Shown here: positions 58,501 through 64,000 of the stretch, piece after piece | How positions within the stretch are numbered: the first letter of the stretch is position 1 | Layout of the letters: the number at the start of each line of letters is the position of its first letter | Assembly: GCA_964552045.1 (NCBI GenBank) | Contig: CAZKFF010000001.1 | Location: 120-64,119 of the forward strand | Direction: 5' to 3' | Length of the DNA stretch: 64,000 nucleotides | Source: an uncultured Candidatus Saccharibacteria bacterium | GTDB lineage: Bacteria > Patescibacteriota > Minisyncoccia > Phycocordibacterales > UBA918 | The notes under the pieces: generated by a model | Database searches by the model: none | Seen by the model: only the letters and a program-made list of their open reading frames with translations | Told to the model about the DNA's origin: nothing | Position numbers and translations under genes: made by a program

Positions 58501-59242
58501 CGCCAGCCTTTTCGCGCTGGGCCTCAAGTTCTTCCTTCAGTTTAGTGAGATCAATGTTCTTGAAGAGCTCGTAGATGGACTCTGCACCGATCTTCGCCTC
58601 AAAGAGCGTCGAATATTTCACTGAGAACTTGTGGAATGAGGTCTCGTCGAGAACGGTACCCTGCGTGAGACTCTCGATCTCGTTCTTTGTCTCGGTCATG
58701 CGTGTCTTCAGTGCCTCGCGAGCTTCTTCGTTCTGCAATTCCTTGAGCTTTGATTTGTACTCAGTATCGAGCTCTTTCAGAAGACGTGCACGCTCCTCTT
58801 CTGAAACTTTCGTGACAATGTATCCTGCAAAGTAGATGACCTTCTCGACGGAAGCTGCGGTGATGCCGAGGATCAATGCAATACGGCTTGGCACGCCGCG
58901 CAAGAACCAGATGTGTGAGACCGGTACGCAGAGCTCAATGTGACCCATGCGTTCGCGACGGACGATAGCGCGAGTGACTTCAACACCGCACTTCTCACAG
59001 ACGATACCCTTGTAGCGGATGCCGCGGTACTTCTTACACGAACATTCGTAGTCCTCAACAGGTCCAAAGATGCGCTCGTCGAACAGGCCGTGCTTTTCAG
59101 GGCGCTGCGTTCGGTAGTTGATGGTCTCCGGCTTGGTGACCTCGCCATATGACCACTCAAGGATCTTGTCAGGCGATGCGAGCTTGAGGCTCACTTCGCT
59201 GAATTGAGTGGGGGTTCCTCGTTTTTGTGTATTTGGATTCAT
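55583..59242 (-). CDS. rpoC: RNA polymerase beta' subunit
   Basis: NADFDGD, LLGKRVDYSGR, zinc finger CSC...CEKC, AIGEPGTQL. Confidence 0.99.
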   Translation of the reverse strand: MNPNTQKRGTPTQFSEVSLKLASPDKILEWSYGEVTKPETINYRTQRPEKHGLFDERIFGPVEDYECSCKKYRGIRYKGIVCEKCGVEVTRAIVRRERMGHIELCVPVSHIWFLRGVPSRIALILGITAASVEKVIYFAGYIVTKVSEEERARLLKELDTEYKSKLKELQNEEAREALKTRMTETKNEIESLTQGTVLDETSFHKFSVKYSTLFEAKIGAESIYELFKNIDLTKLKEELEAQREKAGVADRAKLDKRLNLIRGMIHSGVRPEWMFLNRIPVIPPALRPMVALEGGRHASSDLNDLYRRVINRNNRLKKLIDIMAPDVILRNEKRILQEAVDALIDNSIRHGNTAYSAMSQAQRRPLKSLSDYLKSKQGYFRQNLLGKRVDYSGRSVIVIGPDLELDQCGLPKHMALELFRPFVISKLLRQELAYNIRGAGRLIEDGVPEVWAILEEVISSKHVLLNRAPTLHRQGIQAFRPVLIEGNAIQVHPLVCKAFNADFDGDQMAVHVPLSDEAQMEAREIISANKNVLKPGSSEPVVSESLMDMALGSFWMTKIIEGAKGENKFFASPNDAINAYDYGIVDFRAKIKVLATNTPKYAQFEGQLFETSVGRLLFNSVLPSDHAYINQLVTQRDLFGVVLDLIDDQGVDVVPSVVNKIKKFGFKYATVSGTTWGIDEVIVPKEKQQIIADAREEERAIIEHFEQGLLSRDERRRMIIEIWHRTKSSLEEVIPDRMNPNGSAYDLWKSGARGSMRQIAQMIGMKGLIVNTRGETLEFPVISSMKEGMSPIEYFITTHGSRKGLADTALQTAKAGYLTRRLFVVAQDAIVTEADCKTKEGVSIGRLSASGIQIAFSKAIKGRVLAADVVDQDGTILFKKGHMLTRRDALAVEGSTAASVVVRSPMTCNTLRGVCQQCYGVDLTTNALVDIGEAVGTVAAQAIGEPGTQLTMNTKHAGGTSAVGGDVTQGLPRVEEVFEKRLPKNPAVISKTDGFVSEIRTEGKEKIIVVVPAKDSKYAPKKSDIIEYEANYRRTVIVSKGENVKAGQLLTDGSAYLPDMFKYGTKEQTQEYIISEINKIYELQGVTIARKHIELIVKQMMSRVKITNSGDSHFTPGEVVEEWIFVEANNALAAEGKDPAKASKLIMGITESSLSRKSFLSAASFQNTTRVLINAAVKGSNDNLAGLMENVIIGKLIPAGTGFKGSQKSQMIEDVQKEG

Positions 59243-59264
59243 ACTTTTTACTTTCTATTGAGGA

Positions 59265-62200
59265 CTAATAATTTCGTTCTTCATGCTCTTCCCGCTTCAG
59301 ATCGACATCAAGCGAGAGTCCGCGGAGCTGATTAACAAGCACATTGAATGCAGCCGGCGTGTGCGGATGCGCGATCTTCTCGCCGCGCACGATCGCATCG
59401 AATGCTGCTGAACGTCCAACAATATCGTCTGACTTGATGGTGAGCATTTCGCGAAGCGTATACGCCGCTCCATATCCGAGCAATGCCCATACTTCCATTT
59501 CTCCGAATCGCTGACCGCCGATCTGTGCCTTACCTCCGAGCGGCTGCTGGGTAATAAGCGAGTAGGGGCCGATAGATCGCATGTGGATCTTGTCCTCCAC
59601 CATGTGATGGAGCTTGAGGATATACATGTAGCCCACTGCTGTACGCTGCTCGAACTCCTCACCGGTACGTCCGTCGCGGAGCTGGATCTTTCCGTCTTCC
59701 GGAATGCCTGCTTCTGCGAGCTCTGCCTTGATCTCGGCTTCAGTTGCCGATGCAAATGGCGGCACGATCGCCTGATAACCGAGCGTATTTGCTGCCATAC
59801 CGAGGTGAAGCTCAAGGATCTGCCCGAGGTTCATACGTGACGGAACTCCCAGCGGGGTGAGAATGATATCCACCGGACGTCCGTCTTCCATGTATGGCAT
59901 ATCTTCTTCAGGAAGTATACGTGAGATGACTCCCTTGTTACCGTGTCGTCCTGCGAGCTTGTCTCCCACGGAGACATTACGCACCTGTGCGATCGTGATA
60001 TGGATCTTCTTGATGACACCGCTTTCGAGCTGGTCGCCGTTTTCGCGCGAGAATATCTTGACGCCGATGACGCGGCCGCGCTTTCCTGCCTCAAGGCGCA
60101 GTGAAGAATCCTTTACATCCTTCGCCTTCTCTCCGAAGATAGAACGCAAAAGCCGCTCTTCTGGAGTAAGCTGCGCTTCTCCCTTCGGCGTTACTTTACC
60201 GACGAGGATATCGCCGGGACGAACTTCAGCGCCGATGCGGATGATGCCGTTCTCATCAAGGTTGCGAAGTTTCAGTTCGCTCACGTTCGGAATGTCTGGA
60301 GTGGTGACTTCAGGTCCAAGCTTCGTGTCACGTACGGAGACATCGAGTTCATCGAGGTGGATCGTTGCAAACTTGCTGTTCTTAACGAGACGCTCAGAGA
60401 TGATGATCGCGTCTTCGTAGTTGGCGCCGTTCCAGCTCATGAATGCGACGAGCGCATTCTGTCCGACCGCCATCTGTCCCTGGTCTGTCGATGAGGTGTC
60501 AGCAAGCAGATCGCCGCGCTTTACCTTCTGTCCGACTGTCACTGCTGCCCGGTGATAGAATGCCGAGAAGTCGTTGGTACGCTGGAATGTGGTGAGCTCA
60601 TACTCATGCTTCTTCCCTTCCTTATTCTTGACCACAATATGTCGCGCATCAGCTTCGACAACCTCTCCTGCTTCTGCAGCGATGATAACGCGTCCGGTGT
60701 CCTTTGCGGCCATGCCTTCAATACCTGTTGCTACAATTGGCGCCTCAGGCACGATGCACGGAGTCGCCTGCTTCTGCATGTTCGAACCCATGAGCGTACG
60801 GTTCGCGTCGTCGTGATTGAGGAACGGGATCATCGAGGTTGCCACAGAAAATGCCTGGTTGGTTGCAATATCCATGTAGTCGACCTCCTTGCGTGAAGCA
60901 AGGAGCGGCTCGCCGTTTCGTCGTGCTTCGACGATGTCAGGCTTGATCTTCCCCTTTTCATCCACCTCTACCGCAGCATGGGCAATGACAAAGCCTTCTT
61001 CTTCATGCGCATTGAGATACACCACCTCTCCGGTAAGTACGCCCTTTTCAACCTTCACATACGGGGTCTCGATGATACCGAAGCGGTTCACGCGTGCGTA
61101 CATCGAAAGACGCAGGATCAGACCGATGTTTGGTCCTTCCGGCGTATGGATCGGACAGAGTCGTCCGTAGTGGCTTGGATGCACGTCGCGCACCTCAAAG
61201 CCGGCGCGCTCGCGCGTGAGTCCGCCTGGTCCAAGTGCTGAGAGCGTACGGAGTCCTTCGAGCTCTGCGAGGATGTTCTGCTGTGGCATGAACTGTGAGA
61301 GCTGGTTGGTAGTGAAGAATTCCTTGATCGCAGCCTGGAGCGGTCGCGGATTGATGATCTGCATTGGAAGCGATGTCTCTGCCTCGATCGTGGACATGCG
61401 GTCCTGGATATTTCGCTTCATGCGGGTCATACCGACGCGGACGCGCTGCTGGAGCATTTCGCCGAAGTAGCGAACACGACGGAAGCCGAGGTGGTCGATG
61501 TCATCAGGCTGGGCTCCAGGCTCATGATTGAGCTTGATGATGTTCGAGATGATCAGACGCAAATCCTCAAGCGTGATCGTACGTTCGTCTGTGGCCTTCT
61601 TGTCCGTTGGACGTCCATTGCGCTCATTGAAATGATGCCGTCCGATCTCTGAGAGATCGTAACGGTCAGCCGAGAAGATCGAGTTCACGAACTCGCGCGC
61701 ATTCTCGACGGTCGCAAGGTCCCCGTCGCGGAGACGCTTATATATCTCGATGTATGCATCCTCAACCGTCTTCGACGGATCCTTCGCAAGGGTGGCCTTT
61801 ATGTATTCGCTCCCCCGCTCCACGTCCTTGAAGAGGTTCACCATCTCCTTTTCATCGCTCAATCCGAATACCCGGAGGAGTGAGGTCACCGGGATCTTCT
61901 TCTTGCGGTCGATCTTGATGTAGATGACTCCATCATGCTCAGACTCGATCTCAACCCATGCGCCGCGTGCCGGGATGATCTTGGCGCCGAAGTAGGTGCG
62001 GCCTTTCAGTTCCTGTGCAGTGAAGAATACACCGTACGAACGCGCGAGCTGCGGTACGATGACACGCTCCACGCCATTGATGATGAATGTGCCATGTTCG
62101 GTCATGACTGGAATATCTGTCATGAAGATCTCCTGGTCCTTTTCGCTTTCAAATGTCTTGTTCTTCAGGACCACCGTCGCACGCAACGGAGCATCGTACG

Positions 62201-62477
62201 TGAGCTTATTCTCCTTAGCGTATGCAGGCGTGCACTTCGGATTTCCGAGTTCGTATTTCTTGAACTTGAGTTCGAACTTCTTGTCAGAATAATCGGCGAT
62301 AGGAGAAAACTCCTGGAAGATCTGCTTGAGTCCTTCCTCCACGAACCACTTGAACGATTCACGCTGCGGCTCAATAAGGTCCGGCAGGTCAACGAGCGGA
62401 TCCTTCGCGAGCTTGAATCGCTTCTGGGGCATCGCTCCCACAGAAGCGTACTCCTCTGCCTTTGGCTTGGTATTCAT
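59265..62477 (-). CDS. rpoB: RNA polymerase beta subunit
   Basis: GTFIINGVERV, VRDVHPSHYGR, GDKLAGRHGNKG, GGQRFGEME. Confidence 0.99.
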   Translation of the reverse strand: MNTKPKAEEYASVGAMPQKRFKLAKDPLVDLPDLIEPQRESFKWFVEEGLKQIFQEFSPIADYSDKKFELKFKKYELGNPKCTPAYAKENKLTYDAPLRATVVLKNKTFESEKDQEIFMTDIPVMTEHGTFIINGVERVIVPQLARSYGVFFTAQELKGRTYFGAKIIPARGAWVEIESEHDGVIYIKIDRKKKIPVTSLLRVFGLSDEKEMVNLFKDVERGSEYIKATLAKDPSKTVEDAYIEIYKRLRDGDLATVENAREFVNSIFSADRYDLSEIGRHHFNERNGRPTDKKATDERTITLEDLRLIISNIIKLNHEPGAQPDDIDHLGFRRVRYFGEMLQQRVRVGMTRMKRNIQDRMSTIEAETSLPMQIINPRPLQAAIKEFFTTNQLSQFMPQQNILAELEGLRTLSALGPGGLTRERAGFEVRDVHPSHYGRLCPIHTPEGPNIGLILRLSMYARVNRFGIIETPYVKVEKGVLTGEVVYLNAHEEEGFVIAHAAVEVDEKGKIKPDIVEARRNGEPLLASRKEVDYMDIATNQAFSVATSMIPFLNHDDANRTLMGSNMQKQATPCIVPEAPIVATGIEGMAAKDTGRVIIAAEAGEVVEADARHIVVKNKEGKKHEYELTTFQRTNDFSAFYHRAAVTVGQKVKRGDLLADTSSTDQGQMAVGQNALVAFMSWNGANYEDAIIISERLVKNSKFATIHLDELDVSVRDTKLGPEVTTPDIPNVSELKLRNLDENGIIRIGAEVRPGDILVGKVTPKGEAQLTPEERLLRSIFGEKAKDVKDSSLRLEAGKRGRVIGVKIFSRENGDQLESGVIKKIHITIAQVRNVSVGDKLAGRHGNKGVISRILPEEDMPYMEDGRPVDIILTPLGVPSRMNLGQILELHLGMAANTLGYQAIVPPFASATEAEIKAELAEAGIPEDGKIQLRDGRTGEEFEQRTAVGYMYILKLHHMVEDKIHMRSIGPYSLITQQPLGGKAQIGGQRFGEMEVWALLGYGAAYTLREMLTIKSDDIVGRSAAFDAIVRGEKIAHPHTPAAFNVLVNQLRGLSLDVDLKREEHEERNY

Positions 62478-62766
62478 AACTATGACTACGAATGATTATT
62501 CGGCAATACAAAACACAAAAACCACGCACGGTGCGTGTTCATTCTTGTATTTATTTTTGCACGGTTACTAATGGCATCACGTACGTGATTGATGTTTGTA
62601 AAAACGGTCTCTTGCGAAAGTGTTCCCGCACTTTCTCACGTCGCTTTTACTCCCTCCTTTGAAGCGGCTGTACCGCTTTTTCCCAACCCTGCATCTAGCA
62701 ATCGTAACTCACTCCTTAGATTTGCGTTGTGGGCGGCATTGTACAGAATTTATCAAAAACAGTCAA
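62478..62766 (-). promoter_or_regulatory. rpoBC promoter and ~250-nt structured leader
   Basis: TTGACT (62766-62761), 17 nt, TACAAT (62743-62738). Hairpins at 62662-62678, 62616-62635, 62576-62589 and 62505-62551. Confidence 0.65.
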
Positions 62767-62787
62767 TGGGTCTTGTTGTACACGACA

Positions 62788-62815
62788 CAAAAACCTGCAT
62801 TGCTGCAGGTTTTTG
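62788..62815 (-). terminator. Terminator after the trmD-DUF4870 genes
   Basis: caaaaacctgca-ttgc-tgcaggtttttg. Confidence 0.7.
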
Positions 62816-62849
62816 CTCTTCTATATATAGTAAATAGTAAATATAGTAA

Positions 62850-63320
62850 TTACTTGAGCAATCTGATCTTGCCGATCACCGGCAATTCCTTCATCTGACC
62901 CTGCGCAGCGTTGATGATGCCGAGTATGGCGAGCACCAAAAATGCGAGGTTAAGAAGCGGCAGGAGGAATACACCCATCATGTAGAGGATCATGACAAGC
63001 ATGTTTCCGACCACGTAGAGCGCCACCCAGCCGATAAGCAAAATAAGCTGCTGGTTCGCATGGAAACGGGCAAATGCATTATTCTTTGATGACTCCTGCA
63101 GAAGCGGCAAGAAGAAGAGGAACGGCAGGATATACCCCAATATCGCATAGAGCTTGTGATCCCCGACTTCATCGTTCTGTGCAGTCTCTGCTGCGGGAGC
63201 AGTTTCTGCAGAGGCTGCAGCTGCCGTAGCAGCAGCTTGTGTGTCCATAGTGCTCTGGTCCTGTGTTCCTTCTGCCTGTGGAGCTGTCGTCGGCTCCATA
63301 GAATCTCCTTGATCGTCCAT
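62850..63320 (-). CDS. DUF4870-like membrane protein
   Basis: K.YAILGY, FARFHANQ.L.L, GIINAAQG.MKELPVIG. Confidence 0.85.
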   Translation of the reverse strand: MDDQGDSMEPTTAPQAEGTQDQSTMDTQAAATAAAASAETAPAAETAQNDEVGDHKLYAILGYILPFLFFLPLLQESSKNNAFARFHANQQLILLIGWVALYVVGNMLVMILYMMGVFLLPLLNLAFLVLAILGIINAAQGQMKELPVIGKIRLLK

Positions 63321-63379
63321 GATATATGAATTTAAACTGTGTAATTACTGAAAATCTAAACTGTACATATTCTAGCACA

Positions 63380-64000
63380 TCAGTTCTTGTTGTCCTGCCG
63401 ATATTTCTCTATCTGTGCATGGTGCCCTGAGAGAAATACTTTCGGAACAGGATATTTTTTCCCTTTGTACATAAAATGCTCAGGACGGGTATACATTTCC
63501 CCGCTAGATACCCGTGCCTCTTCGCGCGACTCGAACGTACCCAACACCCCGGGGATCTGCCGGGACACGCTGTCGATGATACACAGCGCCGGCAGCTCTC
63601 CACCGGTGAGCACAGAGTCTCCCACTGAAACCTCCTCAGCCTTGAGGATCTTTTTTACGCGCGAGTCGATCCCCTCATATCGTCCTGAGATAAGGACAAG
63701 GTGTTCGTACTTCTCTGTCAACTTCTTCGCCATAGTTGTGTCAAATTTCTTCCCGCGTGGAGACATGATGAGGGTCTTTATTTTCGTGTGGTCTTTCCTG
63801 CGTCCAACGGCTTTTTCCCAGGCCCGCAATATCGGTTCAGCGTACATGACCATGCCCGGCCCCCCTCCATACGGTTTGTCATCCACCTTCTTATGCTTGT
63901 TCTTTGAGAAGTCTCGAGGGTTGTAATACGACACTGCTATTTTTTTGCCGCGTATCTTTGCCCCTTTACCCTTGTCGGTTTTCTGCGCGCGGCCCAAAAC
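63380..64000 (-). CDS. trmD: tRNA (guanine-N1)-methyltransferase, 5' end outside the window
   Basis: VDDKPYGGGPGMVM, GRYEGID.RV, SVGD.VLTGGE, YTRP, VP.V.LSG.H. Confidence 0.95.
   Translation of the reverse strand, partial: VLGRAQKTDKGKGAKIRGKKIAVSYYNPRDFSKNKHKKVDDKPYGGGPGMVMYAEPILRAWEKAVGRRKDHTKIKTLIMSPRGKKFDTTMAKKLTEKYEHLVLISGRYEGIDSRVKKILKAEEVSVGDSVLTGGELPALCIIDSVSRQIPGVLGTFESREEARVSSGEMYTRPEHFMYKGKKYPVPKVFLSGHHAQIEKYRQDNKN

Noticed and set aside
1-64000. CRISPR array, rRNA, IS transposase, TGA-recoded genetic code
   Set aside because: No spaced direct repeats, rRNA-like blocks or transposase motifs were seen by eye. Conserved genes such as hisS end at TGA at the expected length.

Overview
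Chromosomal window from a small-genome bacterium, most likely Patescibacteria/Parcubacteria (CPR). This is inferred from the gene order trmD-rpoB-rpoC-dnaG-rpoD, a Lys/Ala-rich RpoD tail, a CPR-type TruB-like gene and pervasive leaderless starts. TGA is used as a stop codon. (1) Positions 1-5944 look like the right end of an AT-rich integrated element. It carries a controller plus DraIII-like HNH endonuclease convergent on an M-S fusion adenine methyltransferase, two uncharacterised winged-helix genes (one with a PLD-like nuclease domain), about 900 bp of highly structured non-coding DNA, and a tRNA-3'-end (att-like) palindrome. (2) About 6-30 kb is an accessory region. It has two histidine kinases, an OmpR-family regulator and general-stress genes (SDR, DUF3008, KGG, ChaB, DUF892, ClpP-like, Gam). 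The promoters of most of these stress genes share an 11-bp-period (C/T)TTCAT box placed 10 nt upstream of the -10 element, suggesting a two-component general-stress regulon. The region also has many secreted or orphan genes and two pseudogenes. (3) About 30-64 kb is mostly housekeeping: a GT4-GH57-DUF5752-GH15 glycan cluster, rpmG (missed by the ORF track), class I aldolase, ABC exporter, prmC, lnt-like, hisS, uppP, DsbA, UvrD-nuclease, a CsoSCA-like carbonic anhydrase, rpoD, dnaG, rpoC, rpoB and trmD. No rRNA, intact tRNA or CRISPR array was seen. Family calls come from motif recognition by eye, not from database searches.
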